Below are positions 32,424 through 44,418 of a stretch of DNA of 64,000 nt, one piece after another. This DNA is from Escherichia coli (lineage in GTDB: Bacteria; Pseudomonadota; Gammaproteobacteria; Enterobacterales; Enterobacteriaceae). The position numbers and the translations under genes are program-made. The notes beneath the pieces were generated by a model. That model searched no databases and was not told the DNA's origin. It saw only the letters and a list, made by a program, of their open reading frames with translations. Each line of letters begins with the position of its first letter. Position 1 is the stretch's first letter. The stretch lies in the NCBI RefSeq assembly GCF_003334815.1, contig NZ_QOWO01000005.1, one strand, 5' to 3'.

Positions 32424-33035
32424 TTGAACATGCCAATGACCGAAAGAATAAGAGCAGGCAAGCTATTTACCGATATGTGCGAAGGCTTACCGGAAAAAAG
32501 ACTTCGTGGGAAAACGTTAATGTATGAGTTTAATCACTCGCATCCATCAGAAGTTGAAAAAAGAGAAAGCCTGATTAAAGAAATGTTTGCCACGGTAGGG
32601 GAAAACGCCTGGGTAGAACCGCCTGTCTATTTCTCTTACGGTTCCAACATCCATATAGGCCGCAATTTTTATGCAAATTTCAATTTAACCATTGTCGATG
32701 ACTACACGGTAACAATCGGTGATAACGTACTGATTGCACCCAACGTTACTCTTTCCGTTACGGGACACCCTGTACACCATGAATTGAGAAAAAACGGCGA
32801 GATGTACTCTTTTCCGATAACGATTGGCAATAACGTCTGGATCGGAAGTCATGTGGTTATTAATCCAGGCGTCACCATCGGGGATAATTCTGTTATTGGC
32901 GCGGGTAGTATCGTCACAAAAGACATTCCACCAAACGTCGTGGCGGCTGGCGTTCCTTGTCGGGTTATTCGCGAAATAAACGACCGGGATAAGCACTATT
33001 ATTTCAAAGATTATAAAGTTGAATCGTCAGTTTAA
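32424..33035 (+). CDS. lacA: Galactoside O-acetyltransferase (hexapeptide family)
   Basis: TTG start at 32424 (TTG AAC ATG CCA ATG ACC = MNMPMT...) gives 203 aa; the upstream part of the 220-aa ORF is REP sequence. Confidence 0.93.
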   Translation: MNMPMTERIRAGKLFTDMCEGLPEKRLRGKTLMYEFNHSHPSEVEKRESLIKEMFATVGENAWVEPPVYFSYGSNIHIGRNFYANFNLTIVDDYTVTIGDNVLIAPNVTLSVTGHPVHHELRKNGEMYSFPITIGNNVWIGSHVVINPGVTIGDNSVIGAGSIVTKDIPPNVVAAGVPCRVIREINDRDKHYYFKDYKVESSV

Positions 33036-33046
33036 ATTATAAAAAT

Positions 33047-33140
33047 TGCCTGATACGCTGCGCTTATCAGGCCTACAAGTTCAGCGATCTACATTAGCCG
33101 CATCCGGCATGAACAAAGCGCAGGAACAAGCGTCGCATCA
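33047..33140. repeat. BIME/REP palindromes between convergent lacA and cynX
   Basis: gcctgatacgctgcgcttatcaggcctacaagttcag...gccgcatccggcatgaac...gcgtcgcatca; last unit overlaps the cynX stop. Confidence 0.8.
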
Positions 33141-34292
33141 TGCCTCTTTGACCCACAGCTGCGGAAAACGTACTGGTGCAAAACGCAGGGTTATGATCAT
33201 CAGCCCAACGACGCACAGCGCATGAAATGCCCAGTCCATCAGGTAATTGCCGCTGATACTACGCAGCACGCCAGAAAACCACGGGGCAAGCCCGGCGATG
33301 ATAAAACCGATTCCCTGCATAAACGCCACCAGCTTGCCAGCAATAGCCGGTTGCACAGAGTGATCGAGCGCCAGCAGCAAACAGAGCGGAAACGCGCCGC
33401 CCAGACCTAACCCACACACCATCGCCCACAATACCGGCAATTGCATCGGCAGCCAGATAAAGCCGCAGAACCCCACCAGTTGTAACACCAGCGCCAGCAT
33501 TAACAGTTTGCGCCGATCCTGATGGCGAGCCATAGCAGGCATCAGCAAAGCTCCTGCGGCTTGCCCAAGCGTCATCAATGCCAGTAAGGAACCGCTGTAC
33601 TGCGCGCTGGCACCAATCTCAATATAGAAAGCGGGTAACCAGGCAATCAGGCTGGCGTAACCGCCGTTAATCAGACCGAAGTAAACACCCAGCGTCCACG
33701 CGCGGGGAGTGAATACCACGCGAACCGGAGTGGTTGTTGTCTTGTGGGAAGAGGCGACCTCGCGGGCGCTTTGCCACCACCAGGCAAAGAGCGCAACAAC
33801 GGCAGGCAGCGCCCACCAGGCGAGTGTTTGATACCAGGTTTCGCTATGTTGAACTAACCAGGGCGTTATGGCGGCACCAAGCCCACCGCCGCCCATCAGA
33901 GCCGCGGACCACAGCCCCATCACCAGTGGCGTGCGCTGCTGAAACCGCCGTTTAATCACCGAAGGCATCACCGCCTGAATGATGCCGATCCCCACCCCAC
34001 CAAGCAGTGCGCTGCTAAGCAGCAGCGCACTTTGCGGGTAAAGCTCACGCATCAATGCACCGACGGCAATCAGCAACAGACTGATGGCGACACTGCGACG
34101 TTCGCTGACATGCTGATGAAGCCAGCTTCCGGCCAGCGCCAGCCCGCCCATGGTAACCACCGGCAGAGCGGTCAACAGGGCAGCCACGCTAAAGCTCATT
34201 CCGCTCGCCTGGCGCAATTGCGGTAGCAGTGGCCCGACGGAGGTGAGCAGTGGTCGCATATTAAGACCAATCAGCACCAGTACCAGCAGCAT
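33138..34292 (-). CDS. cynX: Cyanate transporter (MFS)
   Basis: ORF track 33138..34319; start MLLVLVLIGLNMRPL at 34292 gives 384 aa. Confidence 0.88.
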   Translation of the reverse strand: MLLVLVLIGLNMRPLLTSVGPLLPQLRQASGMSFSVAALLTALPVVTMGGLALAGSWLHQHVSERRSVAISLLLIAVGALMRELYPQSALLLSSALLGGVGIGIIQAVMPSVIKRRFQQRTPLVMGLWSAALMGGGGLGAAITPWLVQHSETWYQTLAWWALPAVVALFAWWWQSAREVASSHKTTTTPVRVVFTPRAWTLGVYFGLINGGYASLIAWLPAFYIEIGASAQYSGSLLALMTLGQAAGALLMPAMARHQDRRKLLMLALVLQLVGFCGFIWLPMQLPVLWAMVCGLGLGGAFPLCLLLALDHSVQPAIAGKLVAFMQGIGFIIAGLAPWFSGVLRSISGNYLMDWAFHALCVVGLMIITLRFAPVRFPQLWVKEA

Positions 34293-34324
34293 CGTGAACG
34301 TCTTTTGATGGTTGCGCATGGCTG

Positions 34325-34813
<489 letters not shown>

Positions 34814-34825
34814 TTAAAAATAAGG

Positions 34826-35485
34826 TTACGCTGCGGTCGGTTGGCGTAGCGGTATGGCACAAACGCGAGGATTAGCGGCCAGTGGCACAAACTGGCGGGT
34901 TGCGCCGTCAAAAGCTGCGATGCTGCCGCTTTCAATGTCGTAGACCCAGCCGTGCAGGGCGATCCGCCCCTCTTCGAGCGCCAGGCGCACCGATGGATGA
35001 GTTTGCAAATTAGCCAACTGAGCAATGACGTTTTCACGTACCATCGCCGCAGCTTTTGACGGTAAATCGGAATGCGGGCGCGCCTCATTAACGACGCGGG
35101 CTGAATCGGCATAACGCAGCCAGTGGGAGACGGCAGGCATATGGTCCATGCACTGACAGCTGGCAATGGCGGTCATCGCGCCACAGTTGGAATGACCACA
35201 AATCACAATGTCAGATACCCGAAGCGCAGCGACGGCATACTCCACCGAAGCAGAAACGCCACCGGGTTCCGGCCCGTAGGAAGGGACGATATTGCCCGCG
35301 TTGCGAATAACGAACAGATCGCCAGGCTCACGTTGCGTCACCAGCTCAGGGACCAGACGGCTGTCGGAGCAGGAGATAAAAAGTGTGCGCGGGCTTTGCT
35401 GTGTCGCCAGCTGTTTAAACAAGGCTTCCCGCTTCGGAAATGCCTCGCGCTGGAATTTAAGGAATCCATCAATAATCTCTTTCAC
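34826..35485 (-). CDS. cynT: Beta-class carbonic anhydrase
   Basis: 219 aa; CSDSR and HxxCG zinc-ligand motifs. Confidence 0.95.
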
Positions 35486-35593
35486 CGTTAACCTCTGTCT
35501 GTCTCTGGAATGAGAGGCAGACTACTCGCCGATTGTCATAAGGTAAAAGTCTCATTTATGATGAGTTCCATTGGATTTACTTATAGGTTGCGA

Positions 35594-36493
35594 ATGCTCT
35601 CTCGACATATCAATTATTTTCTTGCCGTGGCTGAACATGGCAGCTTCACCCGTGCCGCCAGTGCGTTGCACGTCTCCCAACCTGCGCTTTCCCAGCAGAT
35701 TCGCCAGTTAGAGGAGAGTTTAGGCGTGCCGCTGTTTGACCGTAGCGGGCGAACGATTCGTCTCACTGATGCAGGAGAAGTCTGGCGACAGTACGCCAGC
35801 CGGGCGTTACAGGAACTGGGGGCGGGTAAACGGGCGATTCATGATGTTGCCGATCTGACGCGAGGATCGCTGCGTATCGCCGTCACCCCCACCTTTACGA
35901 GCTACTTTATCGGCCCCTTAATGGCGGATTTCTATGCGCGCTATCCCAGCATCACGCTCCAGCTACAGGAAATGTCGCAGGAGAAAATCGAGGATATGCT
36001 TTGCCGCGACGAGTTGGACGTTGGGATTGCCTTCGCGCCTGTGCATTCGCCGGAGCTGGAGGCAATTCCTTTACTGACAGAAAGTTTAGCGTTAGTCGTG
36101 GCGCAACATCATCCGCTGGCCGTCCATGAACAGGTGGCGTTGAGTCGCTTGCATGATGAAAAACTGGTCCTGCTCAGCGCGGAATTTGCCACCAGAGAGC
36201 AAATTGACCACTACTGCGAGAAAGCGGGGCTACATCCACAGGTGGTCATTGAGGCGAACTCAATTAGCGCGGTTCTGGAGCTGATTCGCCGCACTTCCCT
36301 TTCCACATTGTTACCAGCAGCGATTGCCACACAACATGACGGGCTTAAAGCTATTTCTCTTGCCCCGCCACTACTGGAGAGAACGGCGGTTTTGTTGCGG
36401 CGGAAAAATAGCTGGCAGACAGCCGCCGCGAAGGCATTTTTGCACATGGCGTTGGATAAATGCGCGGTTGTTGGCGGAAATGAATCACGGTAG
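35594..36493 (+). CDS. cynR: LysR-family activator of the cyn operon
   Basis: ORF track 35510..36493; start [41 protein letters not shown] at ATG 35594 gives 299 aa; divergent from cynT. Confidence 0.9.
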   Translation: MLSRHINYFLAVAEHGSFTRAASALHVSQPALSQQIRQLEESLGVPLFDRSGRTIRLTDAGEVWRQYASRALQELGAGKRAIHDVADLTRGSLRIAVTPTFTSYFIGPLMADFYARYPSITLQLQEMSQEKIEDMLCRDELDVGIAFAPVHSPELEAIPLLTESLALVVAQHHPLAVHEQVALSRLHDEKLVLLSAEFATREQIDHYCEKAGLHPQVVIEANSISAVLELIRRTSLSTLLPAAIATQHDGLKAISLAPPLLERTAVLLRRKNSWQTAAAKAFLHMALDKCAVVGGNESR

Positions 36494-36520
36494 CCGCTGA
36501 CACAGGTCTGCGGCTGGAAT

Positions 36521-36602
36521 TGCCTGATGCGCTACGCTTATCAGGCCTACGAGTTCAGTGCTCTACGTAGGCCGGATAAGGCGTTCACGCCGCATCCGGC
36601 AT
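36521..36602. repeat. BIME/REP palindromes between cynR and codA
   Basis: gcctgatgcgctacgcttatcaggcctac...gtaggccggataaggcgttcacgccgcatccggc. Confidence 0.8.
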
Positions 36603-36629
36603 AAACTAAGCTCGCTGTAACCCAGTCGT

Positions 36630-37913
36630 TCAACGTTTGTAATCGATGGCTTCTGGCTGCTCCAGATATACGGTGGTTTGTGCCGGTTGTGTGCTGGCAA
36701 TCACCTTGCCGCCACGTACCGAATAACGTACCGGAACCTGACGGCGCAGCGCATCAAACCCATTTTCAGCCGGCAGGATAATCAGGTTGGCGCTGTTTCC
36801 GGCGGCAATGCCGTAATCCTGCAAATTCAACGTCCTTGCGCTGTGGTGGGTGATTAAATTCAGGCCATCGTTAATCTGCCCGTAGCCCATCAACTGGCAA
36901 ACATGCAGCCCCATATGCAGCACTTGCAGCATATTCGCCGTTCCCAGCGGATACCACGGATCGAAGACATCATCGTGACCAAAGCAGACGTTAATGCCGG
37001 ACTCCAGCATCTCTTTAACGCGCGTGATGCCGCGACGTTTTGGATACGTATCGAAACGTCCTTGCAGATGAATATTGACCAGCGGGTTGGCGACAAAGTT
37101 AATACCGGACATTTTCAGCAAGCGGAACAGGCGTGAGGTATACGCCCCGTTATAGGAGTGCATTGCCGTGGTGTGGCTGGCGGTGACTCGCGCGCCCATG
37201 CCTTCATGGTGCGCCAGGGCAGCAACGGTTTCGACAAAGCGCGACTGCTCGTCATCGATCTCATCACAGTGAACGTCGATGAGACGGTCGTATTTTTGCG
37301 CCAGGGCGAAGGTTTTATGCAGCGACTCCACGCCGTATTCACGGGTAAATTCAAAATGCGGAATCGCCCCCACTACATCTGCCCCTAAGCGTAACGCCTC
37401 TTCCAGCAACGCTTCACCGTTGGGATACGACAAAATCCCTTCCTGAGGGAAGGCGACGATTTGCAGATCAATCCACGGCGCGACTTCCTGCTTCACTTCC
37501 AGCATTGCTTTCAGCGCAGTTAGCGTTGCATCCGAAACATCGACATGGGTACGCACATGCTGAATGCCGTTGGCAATCTGCCATTTCAGCGTTTGCCATG
37601 CGCGTTGTTTCACATCGTCATGGGTTAATAACGCTTTGCGCTCGGCCCAGCGTTCAATGCCTTCAAACAGCGTGCCGGACTGATTCCAGTTCGGTTGTCC
37701 GGCGGTTTGCGTGGTGTCCAGGTGAATATGTGGCTCCACAAACGGCGGTATAACTAAACCTTGTTCGGCATCCAGGCTGTTTTCAGTTATGGGCATCACG
37801 CCGGATTGCGCATCAATGGCGCTGATTTTTCCGTCCTGCAGATGAATCTGCCACAGCCCCTCTTCGCCTGGTAACCGGGCGTTAATAATTGTTTGTAAAG
37901 CGTTATTCGACAC
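36630..37913 (-). CDS. codA: Cytosine deaminase (amidohydrolase superfamily)
   Basis: GTG start at 37913 ([16 protein letters not shown]) gives 427 aa; metal-binding HIHLD motif. Confidence 0.95.
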
Positions 37914-39162
37914 TGTTAGCCTCCACATGCGTCATTGCTGCTGTCGTTTTACGATTCAAAATCGGGTTAAGGATCAGATAGCTCAGCGCGCCACCTAATA
38001 CCGCGTTGACCGGAACAATTCCCGGTAACCAGTGGCCTGCAGCAATCCCCAAGGCGACCGCCAGAATCGCCACCCAATTGACACTCATCATACGCGTGGT
38101 CGCAAAGTGCTCATAGCGGCGACGGTTCATCAGATAGTCGGCGATGATCACGCCACCCACTGGAGGAATAGCTGCCGAAAGGAAGGTCAACCAGCCGACA
38201 AAATTGTTATACAGCCATAATGCGCAGACCGTACCGATAATACCGTTGATTACCGAAAGGGTTTTGCTCGACATCCCGGTAATGTTGGCGAAACCTAAAC
38301 CCGACGCATAGAGTGCGTTATCGTTGGTGGTCCAGATATTCAGCCCCAGCACCACAATCGCAGGCAGCAGCAGGCCCTGAGCAATCATCACATCAGAGAT
38401 ATCCGCCATGCCCAGTGCCGCAGCGCCCGCTGCACCGAAAATAAACATCAACGAGTTGCCGAGGAAAAAGGCCACCATCGCCACCAGCACCGCCAGTTTG
38501 GCATTGCGACCAAACCGGACAAAGTCAGCGGTGAGCGTACCCGCACTGATAAATGACCCCACAACCAGCGCCAGCGCGACATTGAAATCTAACGGTTGTG
38601 CGGGAACGACCGCTTTTAATGCGTCCAGGCCGCCCATGCCGTTAACAGCCAGCCACACGGAATAACCGCCCAGGCAGGCGATAGCCGGAACCGCAATCAC
38701 CGAAAGAACCGTCAGCGCCGAAATGCCAAAAAAGACGGTGACGGTCATCAGTAAACCGGAAACGGCAATCAGCAAATTAATATCCAGCCCGGTTGCCTTA
38801 CCCACCGGAATGGCAAACATCGCCACACCGACGCCAAACCAGCCAACCTGAGTTCCGCCCAGTAGCAGTGAAGGCAGCCATGAGCCTTTAACACCAAACG
38901 AGAAGCGAGCAAGAAGATGAGTGGTCAGGCCGGTTTTTGCGCCAATGTAACCGAGAAATGAAGTGTAAATACCGAGGAGAAGATTACCGATGAGAACTGC
39001 GAGGAAGAAATCATGATAGCTAAGACCGGTTCCGAGAGTGCCGCCGGTCCACATACTGGCGGAAAAGAAGGTTAATCCCAGCATGACGAACGTCAATGCC
39101 AATACCCCTTTCCGCGCCGACTGCGGGACTGGCCCCTGGCTAAAGTTGTTATCTTGCGACAC
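37903..39162 (-). CDS. codB: Cytosine permease
   Basis: 419 aa, GTG start; 11-nt overlap with codA start. Confidence 0.95.
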
Positions 39163-39228
39163 GAAATTCCCCCTTTTTGCTGTTTGAAACCCAAAAAATC
39201 CGCCGCATTCTATTCATCTGAAGATAAA

Positions 39229-39244
39229 AAGCAATCGTTTTCGT
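39229..39244 (-). promoter_or_regulatory. Candidate PurR box upstream of codB
   Basis: Minus-strand ACGAAAACGATTGCTT matches the PurR palindrome consensus ACGCAAACGTTTGCGT at 13 of 16 positions; about 70 bp upstream of the codB start. Confidence 0.4.
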
Positions 39245-39314
39245 GGGGAAATATATTTTTTATATGAATGAGTGCAAAAAGGTGGGGGAAAAATTATCGG
39301 TGTAAAAACAGTGG

Positions 39315-39486
39315 GTAGGCCTGATAAGACGCGTCAGCGTCGCATCAGGCATCTGAGCATGGTGTCGGATGCGACGCGAGCGCCTTATCCGACCTACGGT
39401 TCAGGTCCGTAGGCATGATAAAACGCGTCAGCGTCGCATCAGGCATCGGCACACAGTGCCGGATGCACCGCGCGACGCATCCGACA
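39315..39486. repeat. BIME: several REP palindromes between codB promoter region and prpE 3' end
   Basis: gtaggcctgataagacgcgtcagcgtcgcatcaggcat...gtcggatgcgacgcgagcgccttatccgacctac... repeated. Confidence 0.85.
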
Positions 39487-39491
39487 ATAAC

Positions 39492-41378
39492 CTACTCTTC
39501 CATCGCCTGGCGGATCTGATCCAACGACGCAGGATCATCAATGGTCGTCAGATCTCCAGGATCGCGTCCTTCGCAAATCGCCTGGATCGTGCGGCGCAGC
39601 ATTTTTCCGGATCGCGTTTTTGGCAATTGCGAGACAAACCAGACGTGCGCCGGGCGGCCAAAGTTGCCAATCTGGCTGTCCACCAGCGCCATAATCGCCT
39701 TCTCTTGCGAGTGCGCCACATCACGATCTTCCAGACTGTCGCTCTCTTTCGGAATGACAAACGCCACCGCCACCTGCCCTTTCAGCGCATCTTTCACCCC
39801 AACCACCGCCACTTCGGCAACGCCCGGATGGCTGGAGATACTCTCTTCAATCTCGCGCGTCCCCAGCCGATGCCCGGCAACGTTAATTACATCGTCAGTG
39901 CGCCCGAGAATAAAGTGATAACCGTCAGCGTCACGGATGCCCCAGTCAAAGGTGGCGTACACCGGGCGGGAAAACAGCGACCAGTAAGTCTTCACAAAGC
40001 GGCCGTCGTCGCCCCAGATGGTCTGAATACACCCCGGCGGCAGCGGCCCTTCCACCACCAGCATCCCTTTCTCGTTGACGCCACACGGTTCGCCGGTGAC
40101 TTCATTAAGCAACTGCACGTTATAGCCATACATCGGCACACCGGGGCTTCCCAGACGCGTCGGCCTGTCGTCCAGACCGCGAGCAATCGCCATAATCGGC
40201 CAGCCGGATTCGGTCTGCCAGTAGTTGTCGATGACCGGCACATCCAGCGTATTGCTCACCCAACTGGCGGTCGGCTCGTCCAGCGGTTCTCCAGCCAGAT
40301 AGAGCACTTCCAGCGACGAGAGATCGTGTTTGCGAATTTCAGCGGTAGGGAATTTTTTCAGCACGCGAATGGCGGTCGGCGCTGAGAACATCCGGCTAAC
40401 CTGATATTTCTCGACGATTTTCCACCACACGCCGCAGTCCGGCCAGGTCGGCAATCCTTCGTAAACGATAGTCGCCATCCCCGCCAGCAGCGGCGCGTAA
40501 ACGATATACGAATGCCCCACCACCCAGCCGATATCCGATGCGCAAAAGAACACGCTGCCCGCTTTGCCGCCAAAAATGGTGTCCATCGAGGTCGCCAGCG
40601 CCACCGCATATCCGCCGACGTCACGCTGCACGCCTTTAGGTTTGCCGGTCGTGCCGGAAGTGTAGAGAATGCAGGAGGTTTCGTTGGATTCCAGCCACGC
40701 CACCGGTACCCGCGCGCCGATGTGTTGATGGCGCAACGACGCGAAATCGACATCCCGCCCGCTGACGCGCGCCATTTTCGCCAGCCCGCGATCCACCAGC
40801 AAAACATGGCGTGGCTGGTGCTGCGCCTGACTTATCGCATCGTCGAGCAATTTTTTATAGGGAATGATTTTGCCACCGCGCGCTCCGGCATCAGCCGAGA
40901 CAATCAGCACCGGTTTAGCGTCATCAATTCGCGCCGCCACGCTGTGCGAGGCAAATCCACCAAACACCACCGAGTGAATAGCGCCAATGCGCGCGCAGGC
41001 CAGCAGAGTAATATGCGCTTCGGCAATCATCGGCATATACACCAGCACCCGATCGCCGCGCTGCACACCCAATGAACGCAACATTGAGGCCACCGCGTTC
41101 ACTTCGTCATGCAGCTGACGAAAGGTAAAGGTGCGCTCTTCTTCTGTTTCCGAAGAGACGGCAATCAGCGCCAGCGCCTCTGGCTGTTTCTCCAGCCAGC
41201 GGTCGATGGCGTTGTGGCACAAGTTGGTTCGGCCTTCACAAAACCAACGGGCAAACGGCGGATTGCTGTGATCGAGCGTTTGCGTAAAGGGCGTCTGCCA
41301 GTCAATACGCCGGGCCTGCTCGGCCCAGAACTGCTCCGGTTCGTTAATCGAACGCTGATAAAATTCGCTAAAAGACAT
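39492..41378 (-). CDS. prpE: Propionyl-CoA synthetase
   Basis: 628 aa acyl-CoA synthetase; AMP-binding motif YTSGTTGKPKG. Confidence 0.95.
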   Translation of the reverse strand: MSFSEFYQRSINEPEQFWAEQARRIDWQTPFTQTLDHSNPPFARWFCEGRTNLCHNAIDRWLEKQPEALALIAVSSETEEERTFTFRQLHDEVNAVASMLRSLGVQRGDRVLVYMPMIAEAHITLLACARIGAIHSVVFGGFASHSVAARIDDAKPVLIVSADAGARGGKIIPYKKLLDDAISQAQHQPRHVLLVDRGLAKMARVSGRDVDFASLRHQHIGARVPVAWLESNETSCILYTSGTTGKPKGVQRDVGGYAVALATSMDTIFGGKAGSVFFCASDIGWVVGHSYIVYAPLLAGMATIVYEGLPTWPDCGVWWKIVEKYQVSRMFSAPTAIRVLKKFPTAEIRKHDLSSLEVLYLAGEPLDEPTASWVSNTLDVPVIDNYWQTESGWPIMAIARGLDDRPTRLGSPGVPMYGYNVQLLNEVTGEPCGVNEKGMLVVEGPLPPGCIQTIWGDDGRFVKTYWSLFSRPVYATFDWGIRDADGYHFILGRTDDVINVAGHRLGTREIEESISSHPGVAEVAVVGVKDALKGQVAVAFVIPKESDSLEDRDVAHSQEKAIMALVDSQIGNFGRPAHVWFVSQLPKTRSGKMLRRTIQAICEGRDPGDLTTIDDPASLDQIRQAMEE

Positions 41379-41417
41379 AATGCTCTCCTGTTGAACTTAC
41401 GCCTTACCGCCGTTTAC

Positions 41418-42869
41418 TTAAATGACGTACAGGTCGAGATACTCATTGACCGGCATCTGTTCCAGGCGAGCTCTGTCGAGAGAAACCTCCAGAATGCGCT
41501 GCTGTTGGCGAGTCGGGAACTGGCGCGCGAGATTGATTTTGAATTTATCGACCAGTTTCGGAATACCATCCTGACGGCGGCGAGCATGACCAATGGGGTA
41601 CTCCACCACCACTTCTTCAAATCGTGTGCCGTCGGTGAACTCAAGGGTAATGGCATTGGCGATGGCGCGTTTTTCCGGGTCGTGGTAGTCAGCGGTAAAT
41701 GCCGGATCTTCAAAGCAATTGATCTTCTCGCGCAGGGCGTCAATGCGTTTATCTTGCGCAACGTTGTCCTCGTAATCTGCCGCCGTTAAGCGCCCGAATA
41801 GCAGCGGGATCGCCACCATGTACTGAATGCAGTGATCGCGGTCTGCCGGGTTATTGAGCGGCCCTTTTTTGTCGATGATGCGAATACAGGCTTCGTGGGT
41901 GCGAATGGTCACTTTTTCGATATCCGCCGCCGTTTTGCCTGCTGCCTGCATCTGTTCATAGAGCGTCATCGCTGCTTCAACTGCCGTCTGGGAGTGGAAC
42001 TCCGCCGGGAAGGAGATTTTGAACAGCACATTTTCCATAACGTAGGAACCGTACGGGCGCTGGAAGCGGAACGATTCACCTTTAAAGGAGACGTCGTAGA
42101 AGCCCCACACCGGCGCAGTCAGGGCTGACGGGTAACCCATTTCGCCCGTTTTCGCCATCAGTGCCAGACGTACCGCGCGGGAAGTGGCATCGCCCGCCGC
42201 CCAGGATTTACGCGTGCCGGTGTTCGGCGCATGGCGATAGGTGCGCAGCGACTGACCGTCCACCCACGCCAGCGAAACGGCGTTGAGAATTTCCTCGCGG
42301 GTCAGGCCGAGCATTTCGGCGACCACGGCGGTGGAAGCCACTTTCACTAACAGAACGTGGTCGAGGCCGACGCGGTTAAAGGAGTTTTCCAGCGCGATGC
42401 AGCCCTGAATTTCATGGGCTTTGATCATTGCGGTCAGCACCTGTTTCATGGTCAACGGCGCTTTGCCGCTGGCGACCGCGTTGCGCGAAAGCCAGTCCGC
42501 CGTTGCCAGAATGCCGCCGAGGTTGTCGGAAGGATGGCCCCACTCCGCCGCCAGCCAGGTATCGTTGAAATCGAGCCAGCGGATCATCGCGCCGATGTTA
42601 AATGCCGCCTGGACGGGGTCGAGCTGGAACTGAGTTCCGGGGACGCGCACGCCGTTGGGTACGACGGTGCCGGGAACAATTGGCCCCAGCAGTTTTTTAC
42701 AGGCCGGGTATTCGAGAGCTTCCAGACCGCAGCCGAGCGTGTCGAGCAGGCAGTAATGTGCGGTGTCGTAGGCCACTTTAGAGCTGATTTCGTAGTTCAT
42801 GACGTAATCGACGATATCAACGATTTCACGATCAAATTCCGGGCGGATGTTGTTGATTTGAGCTGACAT
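41418..42869 (-). CDS. prpD: 2-methylcitrate dehydratase
   Basis: 483 aa ORF. Confidence 0.95.
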
Positions 42870-42902
42870 TGGGTACGTTTCCTTATTGTTATTCGTAGAG
42901 GT

Positions 42903-44072
42903 TTACTGGCGCTTATCCAGCGCGACAAACGGGCGGTCTTCCGGTCCAACATAATTGGCGGAAGGACGGATAATTTTGTTGTCCTGACGTTGTTCGATAA
43001 TGTGCGCCGCCCAGCCGGTGACGCGGGCGATAACAAACAGTGGTGTGAACATCTCGGTGGGAACGCCCATCATGTTGTAGGAAACAGCAGAGAACCAGTC
43101 GAGATTGGGGAACATCTTTTTGCTCTCCCACATCACCGTTTCCAGGCGATCGGCGATGTTGTACATCTTCAGCGAGCCGCCTTCCTGCGAGAGCTGCTTC
43201 GCCACACGTTTAATCACCTGGTGGCGCGGGTCAGCGATGGTGTAAACCGGATGACCAAAACCAATGACCACTTCTTTGTTTTCCACGCGCTTGCGGATAT
43301 CTGCTTCGGCTTCGTCCGGCGTTTCGTAGCGTTGCTGGATCTCCAGCGACACTTCATTCGCCCCGCCGTGTTTTGGCCCGCGCAGTGCGCCAATCGCGCC
43401 AATAATCGCGGAATACATATCAGAGCCGGTGCCCGCAATCACCCGACTGGTAAAGGTGGAGGCGTTAAACTCGTGTTCGGCGTACAGCACCAGCGAGATA
43501 TGCATCGCCTTTTCCCAGCTTTGCGATGGCTTTTCGCCGTGCATCAGATGCAGGAAGTGACCGCCGATGGAGTCGTCATCGGTTTCCGGTTGGATGCGTT
43601 CGCCGTTGTGGCTGTAGTGATACCAATAAAGGAGAATCGAGCTAAGCGACGCCAGCAGTTTGTCGGCAATATCCCGCGCGCCAGAGACGGTATGCCCCTC
43701 TTTTTCTGGCAGCGTGCAGCCGAGCGCGGAAACACCGGTGCGCATAACATCCATCGGGTGCGACGCCGCCGGTAAGGCTTCCAGCACGGTACGCACGTTA
43801 GCCGGTAAACCGCGCAGGGCTTTCAGTTTCGTTTTGTAAGCGGCGAGTTCGTCACGGGTCGGCAGTTTGCCGTGGATCAGCAGATGCGCCACTTCTTCAA
43901 ATTCGCAATGTTTCGCCAGATCAAGAATATCGTAGCCGCGGTAATGCAGGTCATTGCCACTTTTACCCACGGTGCAGAGCGCCGTATTGCCCGCCGGAAC
44001 GCCAGAAAGTGCCACAGATTTTTTCGGTTTAATGACATGGGTACTGTTTTGCAGGATCGTTGTGTCGCTCAT
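42903..44072 (-). CDS. prpC: 2-methylcitrate synthase
   Basis: 389 aa citrate-synthase family. Confidence 0.95.
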   Translation of the reverse strand: MSDTTILQNSTHVIKPKKSVALSGVPAGNTALCTVGKSGNDLHYRGYDILDLAKHCEFEEVAHLLIHGKLPTRDELAAYKTKLKALRGLPANVRTVLEALPAASHPMDVMRTGVSALGCTLPEKEGHTVSGARDIADKLLASLSSILLYWYHYSHNGERIQPETDDDSIGGHFLHLMHGEKPSQSWEKAMHISLVLYAEHEFNASTFTSRVIAGTGSDMYSAIIGAIGALRGPKHGGANEVSLEIQQRYETPDEAEADIRKRVENKEVVIGFGHPVYTIADPRHQVIKRVAKQLSQEGGSLKMYNIADRLETVMWESKKMFPNLDWFSAVSYNMMGVPTEMFTPLFVIARVTGWAAHIIEQRQDNKIIRPSANYVGPEDRPFVALDKRQ

Positions 44073-44112
44073 GTTGTCCTCGTCATTGTTATCATTTGTA
44101 GGGTCGAGATTG

Positions 44113-44392
44113 TTGTCGGATGCGACGCTATGCGTCTTATCCGACCTACAGTTCAGTTCACCCCGTAGGCCTGATAAGTCGCGTCAGCGGCGCATCAGGC
44201 ATCGGTTGTCGGATGCGACGCTATGCGTCTTATCCGACCTACAGTTCAGTGCACCCCGTAGGCCTGATAAGTCACGTCAGCGGCGCATCAGGCATCGGTT
44301 GTCGGATGCGACGCCATCCGTCTTATCCGACCTACAGTTCAGTGCACCTCGTAGGCCTGATAAGTCGCGTCAGCGACGCATCAGGCATCGGC
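44113..44392. repeat. BIME: three tandem ~93-bp REP-containing units inside the prp operon (prpB-prpC spacer)
   Basis: Three near-identical copies of gtcggatgcgacgctatgcgtcttatccgacctacagttcagtgcaccccgtaggcctgataagtcgcgtcagcggcgcatcaggcatcggtt. Confidence 0.9.
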
Positions 44393-44418
44393 TGTCGAAT
44401 ACAATCAACGGGCGTTTT

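Noticed and set aside
39369-40385. 338-aa plus-strand ORF starting MRRERLIRPT across the BIME and prpE
   Set aside because: Start lies in REP sequence (the same artefactual MRRERLIRP translation appears at 32373 upstream of lacA) and the rest is antisense to prpE.
44113-44392. Possible CRISPR array (regular tandem repeats)
   Set aside because: Units are about 93 bp, internally palindromic REP sequences with no unique spacers of CRISPR length and no cas genes anywhere in the window; classic BIME instead.
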